NCBI RefSeq assembly: GCF_009914755.1
Contig: NC_060947.1
DNA: 64,000 bases
Origin: the human T2T-CHM13v2.0 reference genome, Homo sapiens
Direction: 5' to 3' (one strand)
Below are positions 12,612 to 27,475 of the stretch, one piece after another. The notes under the pieces were generated by a model, which had not been told where the DNA came from, did not search any database, and saw only the letters and a program-made list of their open reading frames with translations. Within the stretch, counting starts at the first letter, position 1, and every line of letters starts with the position of its first letter. A program made the position numbers and the translations under genes.

Positions 12612-13499
12612 CTATCACCAAAATGAGCTTGGGGCAGAGCTTCCTCCTCCAGTCTGACAACTCTTGTGGTTTGTTTGCCTTCCATTGCCAAGCCACTGCC
12701 ATTCTGTGTAGGGAGGGTGAGTTGGGCCCCATCCTTCATGCAAGCCCAAGTTGTTTGGGCTCCTTTTCAGTGGGGATGGGGCTACCATGTGAATACAAAA
12801 AGCACTTTCTTCAAGTGCATATGCACTGGCGCCCAGTTCAGAGAACCTCTGTTGTGTCCAAAACAGTGGACTGGGGGAGTGAGAGTTGACCCCTCTCTCC
12901 AAATCCATTCCTGGCTGCTTTGTGCAGGGCCCAACTATATCCGGATTTGGTGCTACTTGATTCCATTTTGTTGGGGCAATTCTGATTGGGGCTTCTAGGT
13001 TTATGGTAGAGAGGCCAGAATTCCTTTAATTAGTAGGGCTTGTTGTGCATGCACTAAACAAGGGAATTGGAAGAGTAGGTTGCCAAGATGCATGCAGCCT
13101 CCCAGGATGAGGTTGCCTACCATATCTCTACCTCACCTTGACCTCTCCACATCACATTCCTCCGTCCTTCCCTACACCCTTCAACTCACTAAGAACAACT
13201 TTAGCAAGATCTAGTTTGACAGCAATTGCCAATCACATTGCATCTTAATTTACACTATCACAGGAGTTTTAATGTTTAACAAGGACAAGTCTACTTAGGG
13301 AAATGGCAGTACATCCTACCATTGATTACAAGTGATAGTAAAGGATGGTATTGTGGTTTACACTTCAGTTTTAGCTTTTTTCATCTTTTAGAGATGATCA
13401 GTGGCAATGATGAGCACAGCTGTGGCTACCCTTCCCAGGAGCTTACCTCCTCTGCATTATATTATTTTAGCATTTTTTATTCTAAAATACTGCTATAAA

Positions 13500-13635
13500 T
13501 CAGTGTTTTTCAAATTGAAAGTGCAAATGAATCATCTGGGAATGTTCTTAAAATGCAAATTGCTAACTGAGTAGGTCGGGGTTGGAGCAGTTCTAATAAG
13601 CTCCCAGGTGATGGCCACTCTACTATGAATAGTAT
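13500..13635. mobile_element. MER5A-like hAT fragment
   Basis: cagtgtttttcaaatt...gaatcatctggga...aaaatgcaaatt...aataagctcccaggtgat. Confidence 0.7.
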
Positions 13636-14057
13636 TGAATAGAAACTAGTCCAAACGGAAGCTTGGCTCTTGATTGTAATCTACAATCCTGATTGGAGTC
13701 CATTATTCCCTAAGTTTTAAAGGAATTATCGACACCTAGGTTGTGACATACCCTGAAGGTTGATTGTCCTTTTAGAAAGCTTCTTACTAATTTCAGATGT
13801 TTGTACCTTTTGGTCCGTGAACCAAAAACACACACCATCAGAAAGTATAGGGAAACTCTCAAGTTTTACTGTGTAGTTTGTGACTTCCAATTTTTTCAAA
13901 TATGATTCCTAATCATCTTACTACTTTTAGCTTTTTAAGCACTGCATTCTTCACACATTTTTCTTCATGAAATGCAAAGAATATACTTAGGACTATGAAT
14001 GTATTTAAAATTCTTGCTTCCTAATACTTTTCACAGGTTACTTTTAAAGCAAAACGA

Positions 14058-14427
<370 letters not shown>

Positions 14428-14703
14428 TAGAATCTCATTTTCCAAGATCTGACAATATCTCTGTGGCTTAGTGCAATCTGTGAAGTCACATTGTTTTATT
14501 AATACATCATAAATATAAAACCTGACTCATACCTTGATTGGAGAACTACGTGCAGCACTCTCACTATGAATTTATGAGAAAAGAAACTGTTAATAGAATC
14601 CAGAAAATGTACTACTAGCTGAGGCTTTGAGTACTCAAAAGCCTATTTAAATACAACAATATTTAAAAATAAGACGTATTCAACATTCGCAAGAAAAATT
14701 CAG

Positions 14704-14709
14704 TTTATT
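14704..14709 (-). terminator. IL13RA2: IL13RA2 polyadenylation signal AATAAA
   Basis: tttatt on the plus strand about 75 nt after the stop codon, followed on the minus strand by U/GU-rich sequence. Confidence 0.85.
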
Positions 14710-14783
14710 GAGACTCATATTGAACATTTGGCCATGACTGGAAACTGTTGAGTCAATACCATGTCTCTTGATATGGAAAGTCT

Positions 14784-14810
14784 TCATGTATCACAGAAAA
14801 ATTCTGGAAT
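14784..14810 (-). CDS. IL13RA2: IL13RA2 exon 10 coding part (short cytoplasmic tail)
   Basis: Acceptor TTTCTAG; encodes IPEFFCDT followed by TGA. Confidence 0.95.
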   Translation of the reverse strand: MPEFFCDT

Positions 14811-14983
14811 CTAGAAAGAACTCTGTTATTAACAAGTCATCTCTAATAACACAAACTATTTCACTGAAGATTAACAACTCAGAGAATAAGCACAAGAGCA
14901 TTCAGCAAACAAAGTGAAGCATTCTATACACATTCACTTTTCTCTCTATCTTGAAAAGATATGGCATTGAGATATCTTTTCTC

Positions 14984-15331
<348 letters not shown>

Positions 15332-15900
15332 TTACAACTCCTCCTTAAAGCCCCCCAACCCAGAGTGGTCCTATTGTTTTCTGAAATTCTATAGCATTAT
15401 CTGCACGACTCAAATGGCAATCATCTAAAATCATCTCAAAGGTTATATTTTTTTGTATGGATCCTGTCTCCCTTAACTTGAGTGTGTGCTCCAAAGGCAG
15501 GCACCATGCTTTATCATTTGCATGTGTTCTTGTGCCTGTGGCACACTGGTAATATGTGTTTCAGTCTATGATCATTTTAATTCACTCTTCTATTTCTCCC
15601 AATCCTGCTTTTCTCTTGTAACTCTTTCCGTATACCATTCTCTAATCTAGGGCCAAATAGTATTTCATGTTTAAAGTTTGATTTCGACAAAAGTAAATCC
15701 ACCTCAAAATGAAGTCTTGTAAGCTTAATTTTTAAAAATTGCTGTATTTTCTGAAGATAACATCATAATCCATACGGAATCAATTGTACACCCACAGCGA
15801 ACAAGCAAAATTATAAAATGTATCTCCATCAGTTCTAAGTGCAGAACATTTTAAAAATCTCCTATTCTCAGGCTAAACATCATAATGTTACACATCTTAC

Positions 15901-16019
15901 CATTTTTGGGTAGGTGTTTGGCTTACGCAAAAGCAGACCGGTTACAAATATAACTAATATTAAGATGAAACCAAATGGTAGCCAGAAACGTAGCAAAGTT
16001 TTCTTCGATAGGTCTTCAC
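15901..16019 (-). CDS. IL13RA2: IL13RA2 exon 9 (transmembrane)
   Basis: Encodes GEDLSKKTLLRFWLPFGFILILVIFVTGLLLRKPNTYPKM; acceptor CCTAG, donor ATG|GTAAGA. Confidence 0.96.
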
Positions 16020-17104
16020 CTAGGATTAAAAATCACACGGAAAGGGGAAGTGTTAGACATTTGCCACTATTTTTGAAACTGAATTATTTTATAAATACTT
16101 CAGAACTGAGTTGAGCTTGGAAACCCCTGTCATATTTGCCAGTGCATAAATACCACAATTGTGTTTGAGTATAGCGTTCCTTTCATTTGTGCAATTTTTA
16201 TATAGAAAAGTACTTTACTGAACTGTGACATGTCTTATTTTCACTTAGAAAAATAACTTCCCCAAACACAATTCTTATTTCCTGATATGAGTTTGTTTAT
16301 ATTTGACCTTGTGAATTCTCCATTTAAAAATGACAAAATATTAGCCAAGTGATTAAACAAACATGTCCTGTGTGTCTGTCTCTTAACTCTCAGTAAGTCA
16401 AACGTGTACTTAGATCATAGGATACTGTACCAAGCAAGAGGTATCCTTCAATAAAAATTCCTGTGTGAGTAATGGAAATCATCTTTTAAGGTTACCTTTT
16501 TAAAGTTGTCTCATATTTTAAAGACCAAAGGGAGGGATAAGGTTTTTCTTTTCTTTTTGATTTTGCTTTGTTAGTTTAGGGATGGAGTTTTAATGGTTCT
16601 TCTGCATAGCAAGAAATGAGCAATCACTAGGCAAACTTAAAAAGCAGACGAAGTTTGGTCTCCCTAAACTAGTACCTCTCACTTGTTTTGGAGTAATATA
16701 AAAGATCTTGAATCTTAGCCACGCATCTACAAAGCTCTCTTGATCCCACCTTTTTCTTTGTCCTATTTCCTCACGATCTTGTTTTCTATTAGAAAATTAT
16801 CAGTCAAATTCACGTGTTCAGAGAAGATTTACAAGAATATAATCCAGAGAAATTACTGATGTAAGTTATCTGTCATGCAAAATTAACAGTGGGAAGGCAG
16901 GAAGCTCCTTTGCTGAAGTTCTACTGGCTTTCCCCATACAGAGTCAATCCTGAAGAGGACATACTTTTATTTCCAAAAATATTATTGTCCTATTTTTCTA
17001 TAACTTGAAACATCCAATAAGAAATGTCCTAAAGAACTGAGACCACATGCAACTCAAGAAATTCCTTGTTTCTAATTTCAAAGTCATTAAGATTCTATGA
17101 AGAG

Positions 17105-17407
<303 letters not shown>

Positions 17408-17719
17408 TCAAAGCAAGAGAAATCTTAGGCATCACTATCATTGATAAGATTGCATGTAAAATACAGAAAAGAATATATTTTTTGAGGATATGGCTAAAAA
17501 CTCACCATAACCACTTTATACAATGCATTGACTAATGACGAGATATAGTTCAGGACATAACTTTAGAGTTTCCTGATTTTTTAAAACAGTAACAAAAATG
17601 AAAAACATAAAACTAGTAAGTCTTCTTTCTGATTCCATATAGCTCTTGGTTGAGTTTTCCACTGTCTTGCTATTTTTTCTCCATAATCCTTAGTGATTAT
17701 ATAATCTATTAGGCTTCTC

Positions 17720-17856
17720 GTTTATTGCCTATCTCTACCCAATTGGAAATAAAATGTAAGTTCACTGAGGGTAGAGATTTCTTTACTGCCATATCTGTAA
17801 TGCTTGAAAAGAGTCTGATACATAGTAGGTGCTTAATAAATATTTGATGAATGAAA
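17720..17856 (+). mobile_element. L2 3' end fragment
   Basis: catagtaggtgcttaataaatatttgatgaatgaa terminus. Confidence 0.7.
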
Positions 17857-18635
17857 GGGATCAATGATACCACTGTATTCGTAGGGAGATAATAGAGATT
17901 CCACTATAGTAGAACAACATGAAAGGAGATGAATGATTGATAGATATGGCAGTATCTGTCTGTATCAGCATCAGTATATTTATTTAGAGCTGCATCTATA
18001 TCTATGTACCTGAAAGAGCAATGCTGAGTTGATTTCCTTCAATTTTGAACATTTATTAGTAATTTCTACTCTTAAAGCTAATACATTGTGAAGCACAATC
18101 ACATTTTACCTCATTCTTTAGGCTTTTTAGTTTATATTGCTATGTAATTTAAATGACTTTATCACAAATCACTTTAAATCAGTGTTAGAAGTGAATGGAA
18201 TGAATATGTATTTTACTATTCATGACCTTTTAATTAGAAAAATATTCCTTTTGAATAGTATTAGACACCCAGAAACAAATGTATGCTGATCTATACTTGC
18301 TTTAAGATTTCTGTTCTCTTGAATACTGAAAGCATATGAAAATATTGATTAAAATAAGTTCCTGCCAATCTCTCAAAAGAATGAGCATATTATCTATATT
18401 GACAGAAAAACAAGAATTTTGATAATAGAAGTATAACAATATTCCTAGTCCTAACTGAATGAATATTAGACTTTTAATAAATCTTTATTCAATTGAAGTG
18501 CTCCCTAACTTATTCTCTCTGTTCATAGACTATATGGGAAAGTCCTTCACTTCTGTAATTACAAAATACACCAAAAGAAAATTAATTTTGCTAGCAAAGA
18601 GCTCATTATTTAGTTACTGTCCTTTTAGCTCATAC

Positions 18636-18780
18636 CTTCCCAGCATTGTTTATCACTCCACTCACTCCAAATTCCGTCATCTGAGCAATAAATATTCACT
18701 TTGCTTCTTACTACAAAGCATAATTGTCGGGTTTCATTTGTTGTTTTCAAGGTGTATGTTTCATTTTCAACTGTAGCAGT
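18636..18780 (-). CDS. IL13RA2: IL13RA2 exon 8 (WSXWS motif)
   Basis: Encodes TATVENETYTLK...GIWSEWSDKQCWE; acceptor TTTCAG, donor AAG|GTATGA. Confidence 0.97.
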
Positions 18781-20224
18781 CTGAAAGCCAAGGACAAAAT
18801 CAGATGCCATTATTTGATCTAGTTGCAACTAGACAGATTCCATATCTGTCCCTTTCAAAGTGGGTTTTATTACATAAAATCTATGCAATCTATGCATCAA
18901 AAGACTGGATGCATAATCCCAGCAGTAATTAGCTCTCTGTATAGTGGGGGTTTTAAAATCATTGTTTCTTCCCTTCTTTATCTATATTTTATTTCTACAG
19001 TGATAATGGATCACTTACAGTGAAGGACAGCATGTGTGAGACAGCAAAATTCCTAGGTAGCCTTGGTGTTTATAACACCCAGTATGTGGACTAGTGTCAA
19101 ATTTCCCAGATTCTATGAACTGGAAGATGCTACATACACTCAGTTACCAAAAGACAGAGCCAGCATGTGAATGTTATTACTATGGAAACTATAGAGTTCA
19201 CATATTAATATATAGCTTTTTCTTTTTTCCTTATGCTTATTTCCTTATTCTGATTGTTAATAAGAATAAGGAAAACCTACATAACAATGCTCAGGGCTTG
19301 GAATAAGAATAAGGAAACAAAACCTGTATAACAGTGCTCATGGCTTGGTATGAAACTATTGCTACAGTTATGAGACTATCTCAAGGCTGGGTGATCTCAG
19401 AGTAAAAAAATCACTGAAGCAATTATTTCAATTTTGCATTTCAAAGAGCTGAAGAATTTTTCTCATTCAATATAATAGCTTTTCCTTTGGCATAACTTAT
19501 CTTAGGAATCAACATAATGTAGTGTAGACTTAAGTGGACTGGGAACCAGATCTGATATCTAGTTCTAGCTGCATAATTTGATTGTAAGTGAATTTACATA
19601 CCTGGGATCTATACATCAATTCAACAACCAGTTTTCTTATCTGTATATGAAAGGAATGAATTAGAACTACTGACTCACTAACTTCTCTCTACCACTCTCT
19701 AAACTGGAAACTAATAAGGAAAAATAATATATAACAATGTGTGATTAAAGGCATCACCACATTGTTGGTGCTGGTGGCAGTAATTAGTCTTGCAACCATT
19801 GCCTAATTCCCCAGGCAGCCCTTCTTGCCTGGTACAAGCAATTCTCTTGTAAGCCTGCCATACTGTAATTTTGACCTGATGGTTGTTCCTCAATAAGTGG
19901 TCTTTGTGGGTTTTTTTTTTTAATTTTGTTTTGCTTTTACTTGAGGCCTCTCCACAATCCATCTTAAGCCTTCACCAACTTTAATTTATTGACACAAAAT
20001 TGAAAACAAGTGACTAGATAATCTCTAAGGTCCTATGTAACTTTAAAATTGGTATCATTCATTATACTTTTGTCCATTAGCTTATTTGGCTTTCTGGAAA
20101 TTGAACTAAGATATATGTCATGTTCTGTCCCTCACGTGGATGCAACTGATTTTGGTTCTCACATTTGCTATTTTATTTAAAAGGCTGTAGTTATGATTTT
20201 CCCAAATAAATGCAATATTCATAC

Positions 20225-20370
20225 CACCAAGGTAGTATCATCTTCTCTGATCTCAATTTCATAATCAAAACACCTTGCTGGAATAGGTCCCAAAGGTATG
20301 CTCCATTTCAGCTTAATTTCACATGAACTCTCCCGAGTAAAAGTAAGATAGACTGGCGGCAAAGGTTTAA
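20225..20370 (-). CDS. IL13RA2: IL13RA2 exon 7 (fibronectin type III)
   Basis: Encodes VKPLPPVYLTFTRESSCEIKLKWSIP...EDDTTLV; acceptor TTTCAG, donor GTG|GTATGA. Confidence 0.96.
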
Positions 20371-20699
20371 CTGAAAAGCAAAAGAGAACCATTTCAACAC
20401 GGAGATTGTTGAAGTTTAGCAGTAGCCTTTATCCAAAGCTAGGGACATCTGGTAACAGAAACCTCCAGGGATAAACCAAGTGGCTCAGTAATATTCCCTA
20501 TGATACGTATTAAAATCAAAGTTGCTTGCCAACCAAGATGAGTTTATTAACAAACTTGGTTATTTTGGAAACTCATTTTTGACAAGTCACCCACTGACAA
20601 ATATATAAATCCAAGAGAAAAGTTCGAAGACCCAAATCATTACAACAATTTTCCATTTTGTAGCATTAGAAATAACAACCACAATCAACAATACTACTA

Positions 20700-20950
20700 C
20701 TTTTACAAATAGATAACCCTATTTAGTGCTTATGCTATTTCAGACACTGTAAGTACCAAGGATGTTACATAATAATCTCATTCACGCCTCACAATAAACC
20801 TATCAGGTGGTCCTCTGTTATCCTCATGTTACTACTAAGGAAATTGAAACAGAGTAACTTGCCCAAAGTCACACGACTAGAAAAATGGTAGATCTAAGAT
20901 TTAAACCCAGGTCTGGCAGACTCTAGAACCCATCACTCTCATAACCATTA
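20700..20950 (-). mobile_element. MIR
   Basis: aggaaattgaaacagagtaacttgcccaaagtcacac...gatttaaacccaggtctg core. Confidence 0.75.
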
Positions 20951-21347
20951 GAACTGAAAATATAGACTCAATAAATATCCAGCCATTTGTCTATTGAGGC
21001 CTGGGAAGAAGTATCTTCATAATTAATCCATCACTAACACTAGACAAAAGTACTGTATAGCAGACAAACTGAAGATGGAAAATAAAATTGTGAGTTCTAA
21101 ATGAAAATGATACTTTAACCTTTATTAAATTTCTTATCTTTCATCCTTAAATATTTAATAAGCGCCACCTCATACACTCTGCTGACTCTCATTTTTCTGT
21201 CTTTGCATTTCCATAGGTCTCTGTCTCTCTCTCTGTCTATGTCTCTCTCTCCTTCCTCCCCTTTTTCTCTCTCTCACCCTCTCAAGTGGTTGTAAATGGC
21301 CTAAACTAGAAACAATGAATTTGAAGTTGTTTGTTGGTTTACATCAC

Positions 21348-21532
21348 CTATATTTTGAAGCTGAAAAGTGAAATAACTGGATCTGATAGGCTTGTTCTCT
21401 GATGATCCATTAACACAAATATAGAAATCTTTATAGTCTGATGCCTCCAAATAGGGAAATCTGCATCCTATATTTTGTCCATCAGCCTTGATGTAATCAA
21501 CACACTGTAATGCATGATCCAAGCCCTCATAC
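21348..21532 (-). CDS. IL13RA2: IL13RA2 exon 6
   Basis: Encodes YEGLDHALQCVDYIKADGQNIGCRFP...FQLQNI; acceptor TTACAG, donor TAG|GTGATG. Confidence 0.97.
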
Positions 21533-23185
21533 CTGTAAAATGAGTGTTGTGAGAATTGTGTTTAAATAACAATCTTTTCCAGTATCAAGGCACTTCATTT
21601 TCAATTATATTAGGATACCATGTCAGTTTAAAAATCATTTAATAATGTACAATATTTATTAAGCACCTACTATATGTCAGGCACTATGATAAGCAATAGG
21701 GAAAAAACAGTAGGGAAAGCAGACATAGTCCCCGATTTCATGGAGCTTACAATTTGTTGGGAGTCCTCGCAAAATCTCAAAGACAAGGATTCTTACTTGT
21801 GTACTTAGGTTATATTGATTCATCAACAAGGTTTGTGAATCAAAGAATAAGATTCCTAGTAAGAAAACCTGTGATTTGTACAAATAATCCTGCATGATAT
21901 TGCCTTTTAAGTTATTTTACTGGGGAAGTTATTTTAAAAGAAAGCAAATTTTAAAGCAGACTTAGAAAATATTATGTTTAATAAAATGAATGAAAATCTG
22001 GAGTATACAATACACATCAAGAGATAAACCTCAGAAAAGCCAACTGTAGGAGGGCAAAAGGAAAAAGAAGGAGTTGTTTGGCAAGTAAATATTTAATTTT
22101 CTCATCTATTAAATGAGAAATGTTACCATATCATTTTAAGTTAACCTTATTCCAGTAATAAAGCTAAAAGGAACTAGGAGTGATTCCCTACTAAATTCGA
22201 AAGCAACAAATGCTTGCTATTTTCCTAAAGAATAGCTTGCAATGCAAACCATGACATTATCTGTAAAAGCAGTCAAATCCCTGTTGAAAAGAGGCCAATG
22301 TAGCAGCTGATAAGGTGCCTGTACACATATCTGGACTCTACTAAATTAACCTTATGCCAACTATTTACTTTAGGGAGAGTTTGCAAAATTGTTGTCTCTT
22401 GGTTAGTTCACTTGATTAGAGTTTGGGAGACTTCAGTTCCAGGCTTAACTCCATACAGACTTACTTGATGTCAGCAGGGAAGGCTTTATTTTCCAATCTC
22501 TAAAATGTTAATGTTTATTCCTCCCTATTTCACCAAGATGAGGATCAAATTATATCAAATATGAACCACAATGTACAGGAGGGCAGAGACTTTCTCTTAT
22601 TCATGCTTTTGTCCTTTTTATCTAGAACACTGCCTGGCATTTAAAAGATGCTTAATATTTGTTGAATTAATGAACAAATAATTTAGATCTTTGAAATTTA
22701 CCTATCCAATTCCAGATGAGGAAACAAAAATTCTAAAAGAAAAAATTACTTGCCCAAGGCCGCCAAGTTAAATGATGCTAGAGCAGGGATTAGAACCCAG
22801 ATCTCAGGATTGTTAATAGTTTATAGCTTATGATTTATCTATTATTATTTTCTAAAGAAAGATGCCATGATAATTTGGAACTAGAACTCACCAATAGTAA
22901 TGCTTAGTCCTCTCTTGATTTTTCCATTATTTAGTAAATGCATATGTTTGGATAATTACCTATCAGTTTATCAGTGCTATCACTTGTTTCAGCTATGTAA
23001 TAAATATTTAGTGCTAATCTACTACGGGTATAGTACTTTGGAGGTAGGCAAGAGAAATATAATAAACAATTCATGCCCACCAATCCCTTAAAAATTTAAC
23101 AGGAGACAAAGCACACATATATGAGAAAAAATTTAAATGCCATCTGGACAATAAACAATTACAGGCTATAAAAAAAAATAGTTCA

Positions 23186-23504
<319 letters not shown>

Positions 23505-24472
23505 TCAAGAAAAACAAAACAGAAGCTGACATGATCAGTTAAAGGTTAATGAAACTGGGGAGCAGATGAGCCTTGAAAAAGATGGATAAAAATTGGTGAA
23601 AGAAAGATAGAGCCAGAGGGCATTCCAGAAGGTAATGCAAACAAAGGTATAAAAGGCAATAACACGGGTGAGAAAAAAATGTAGAGATGGATCTAAATTG
23701 AGTGGAGCATTCACATTGGTAATAGTAGACAGTATGGCAGCCTAGATTTTATCCTGGGGCAATGAGTAGACACAGGAGGTTTTTGAACAAGAGAGTGGTA
23801 TATGAAAATGGCAATATAGGAAGATAAAGCTGGCTACAGTGTGCAGAATGAATAAAAAGGGGAGAGATTGGAAGGGGAGAGATTGGGAGCAGAGCGACCG
23901 TCATTTTGGAAGCAATGGCAATCATCCAGGTGTGGAATGAGGGAAGCCTAAAGTAGAGCTCTTACAGTAGAGATGGTAGGTACTTAACAGATGTGCAACC
24001 TTGCAAAGGAGCATCAGAACATGGTGATCATGTTACCCTAAAACAATTAAGAAATTAAGAAGATACACGAGTCACAATGTCCAAGTTTAAAAGCTTCAGT
24101 GACAGTTAACAAAGGAGGGAGTCAGAAAAAAATTCAGTTTAATAGATAACTGATTTTTTAAAAAAACAAGAATATAAAATATGTCAAAATTGTTTAAGTT
24201 CTAAATTCATCTATCTAAAGGATACAAAATTAACCCAGTACAGAAACAATTATTGCATTCCTTATATCACCCATAGAATACCTTCCAGTATCTACATCCT
24301 AAAACCACTTACACCCATTGAAAACCTCAAATAATTGTAAACAATTATCATCATAAATACAACTCTGACAAGTATAATGAATTTAACTTAGTGAAAATAT
24401 AGTTTACTCATACTATCGACTAACTTGAGTAGACATTTTTTAATATGGAATTCTAATTATAAAAATACTTAC

Positions 24473-24593
24473 CAGTAAAACAAGTTGTAATTGGTATCAA
24501 GAAGTACACCTATGCCAGGTTTCCAAGAACAGAGTAAATATTGCCAATTGTAATATACGCAATCCATATCCTGAACTTTAGTTTCTGGAATTC
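24473..24593 (-). CDS. IL13RA2: IL13RA2 exon 5
   Basis: Encodes GIPETKVQDMDCVYYNWQYLLCSWKPG...NLFYW, with the cytokine-receptor Cys/CxW motif; donor CTG|GTAAGT. Confidence 0.96.
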
Positions 24594-25124
24594 CTAAGGA
24601 ACAAATCAACTGTGAATGTTTGAAAGGCTTGGTGATGAATCATTTGTGAAATCATTTCTCAATTTTACTTCATTTCCTATGACCTCTCCATTTTATTTTG
24701 CAATCAACATAACAGGATTATTTCAAAAGGAAGTTACTGGGAATCACTTCACGATAAGAGGGACATGCAAAACCAAAAAACATTTGAGGGCTCATTTACT
24801 CATATTAGTATAAGCATATGCAAAAGTAGTAAATTGATTATTCTAGGATGCTCTGAGCAGATGAGCAAATACTCATGAATGTTTACTAATATGACCCCAA
24901 AACTGGGAACTAAATCAATAAAATAATATACAGGTTTTGCCAAAGGTATTTGCTGATTTAAAGAATTTTAAAAGGCTAATCACCAACTACAAGAAAGATT
25001 CTATTTTGTGCCACACTGTCACAGGATCTATTGTGCCTACAGCCTGGTACATAAGATTAAGGGACTTATTCCCAAATGAATTGTTCTGATAGTATTAAAT
25101 ATGAAAAGAGAGCTTTGTTTTAAC

Positions 25125-25278
25125 CTTGTGGTGATATCCAATAAGTAGTTTCTGCCCAGGAACTTTGAACTTCTGATCCATTTGTGCATTGCCATGGTAA
25201 AAGCGTGTGTATCTTCGCTTCAATGCCCTTGTTAAGATCAAACCCATCTTTGTAATGTAGATTCTTAGTAATGATGGT
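25125..25278 (-). CDS. IL13RA2: IL13RA2 exon 4
   Basis: Encodes TIITKNLHYKDGFDLNKG...WISPQ; acceptor AAACAG, donor CAAG|GTTAAA. Confidence 0.96.
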
Positions 25279-26373
25279 CTGTTTGACAAAAAGATGAGAC
25301 AAAGTCAAGCTTAGAAACCTCCATGGTATAGTGAGCTATATTAATAAGACTAATAAATCATTAATACCCTGGAGAGTTCCCAATATCTAAGACAATCCTA
25401 GAGACTATTTGATACAATGCCACAGATACATTTCCAGCAGAGCTCACCTCTGTATGTCATATCATTTTATGAGATCATTTGAATCTTAACATCTAATTCC
25501 AAATAAAAACAAAAACTTTTGGAAGGGAAAAAAAACTTTATGGCAGAAACTTGAGCTATATCTGCTTGGAATCAAATAGATAATTTTCATATACCATAGG
25601 CACATTACTTGGCAAATCATGCCACATTTCAAAATATAATATGAAACCTTCAAGAAATACATAAACTAAAACCCTGGAAGTAACCAGAAAAATACAGACA
25701 AATCATGAGCTTCTGGAGGACAAAAATCATTTATTATTTATTCATATATTCCTGATACCTAGTAGAGTGCCCAGCACAAAGTTGATCAATAAATGCTCAA
25801 TTTGAATTGTCTCTTGAAACTACCTAGCTGAATTAGAGAGGTAACAGAATGTCATCTACAACAGAAATCTTTGAATATACATGCTTGTTGAGTATATAAG
25901 TAGTTAATAATTCAAAACATTTTCATTGAGCTCTTACTACAATATATACAACGAACCATAATCCTGCGACCCTCTGTGGGAAGGGTACAAAGATAAATAA
26001 GCCTTGTCTCCTACAGTAGAAAAGGTCACAGGTCAGTAGCATGTATAAGGCCCACATCCAAGAATATAAGCAATTGTAAAATACAGTGAAATGCTCTTCT
26101 AGTGAAGTGCTGCTCTTCAAGTTCATATTGCACGAGACCGAGTTTTTTGTTTTTGTTTTTGTTTTTTTTCTTGTTCTTCCAATGGCAATCTTAACACTGG
26201 ATGGGGTGAAAACAGATATAGCAGGATGCATAGGAGACAGAAGCGGGTGTGGAAGCTTTTTATATCCTAATTAGAACTATTGAGATATGGGAATTGGAGC
26301 GGACACTAAAGTCAGGAATCACAAAGTAACACCTGATGATCACTCTGATACGGCAAATGCATGCTTTACTTAC

Positions 26374-26525
26374 CTTCCATGTTTCACTACCAATGTTTCG
26401 GTATTTTAGTTCATATTCCACTGTGCATTCCTTAAAATGATCCAGAGACAGTGGGGGTTGCCATTGCAAATAGAGATAACCTAAGTATCCGGGATCCACT
26501 ATCTCAAAATCCTGAGGAGGGTTAA
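26374..26525 (-). CDS. IL13RA2: IL13RA2 exon 3 (extracellular domain 1)
   Basis: Encodes VNPPQDFEIVDPGYLGYLYLQW...GSETWK; acceptor TTTCAG, donor AAG|GTAAGT; overlaps ORF 26260-26499. Confidence 0.97.
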
Positions 26526-26594
26526 CTGAAATAAATCAATAAAACACTTTTATTTTTTCTGTATTTTATGACAAATATTGCTAAATCTAGATGG

Positions 26595-27073
26595 CTTCCA
26601 AATGTGCACCAATTGATTAACAGATAAACAAAATGTGCTACATGCATACAATCAAATATTATTCAGCCATAAAAAGACATGAAGTACTGATTCATGCTAC
26701 AACATGGATGAACCTTGAGAACATTATACTAACTGAAAGAAGCCAGACACAAAAGACCACATATTGACATAGTTCCATTTCTATGAAATTTCAAAATAGA
26801 CAAATTCATAGAGAGAGAAAGTAGATTCGTGGTTGGTAGGGGCTGGAGGGAGAAACAATGCAGGGTGACTGCTTAATGGGTTTAGGGGCTGTTTTACGGG
26901 TGATGCAACTATTCTGGACTTTGATAGTGGTGATTGTTGCACAACTTTGTGAATATACTAAAAACCAACGTATAGTAAAGAGTTTTACTATACATGTATA
27001 GTTTTAAAGAATATAGTTTTGTATAAAGAGTTAGTTTTGTGTAAATTATATCTCAGTAAGGCTGTTAAAAAAA
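26595..27073 (+). mobile_element. L1MB-type 3' end (intron 2)
   Basis: gaagtactgattcatgctacaacatggatgaaccttgag...tatctcagtaaggctgttaaaaaa. Confidence 0.85.
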
Positions 27074-27249
27074 TCTAGATTACTGCTATATAGTTGTTCC
27101 TTCTTTGAGAAATCACATATGCAAAATGTGACTTTGCCTCACTAGGTATTAATTTTTAGAGAAGCAAAAAATTCAATGTGGCTTTATCTCTGTGCTCATG
27201 TACGCCAGAATTTGGTCTAAGATGGGAACATTTTATTACAAAAATCTGT

Positions 27250-27475
27250 CTAACAATAACAATAACAAATAAGAACAACAAATAATAACAAATAATAACT
27301 AACATATCACTATAATATAAATATATGTATTTAATTATATTAATTATAATATAATATATAATATAATAATATACTATAAATAATTTTAATTAATTAATAA
27401 TAAAACATTAACATTATATTAAATAATATAATATAATTGAAAAATTAAATAATTCTAATTATTTTTAAATTTTAC
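27250..27475. repeat. AT-rich low-complexity tract
   Basis: (AACAAT)n grading into almost pure A/T sequence. Confidence 0.85.
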
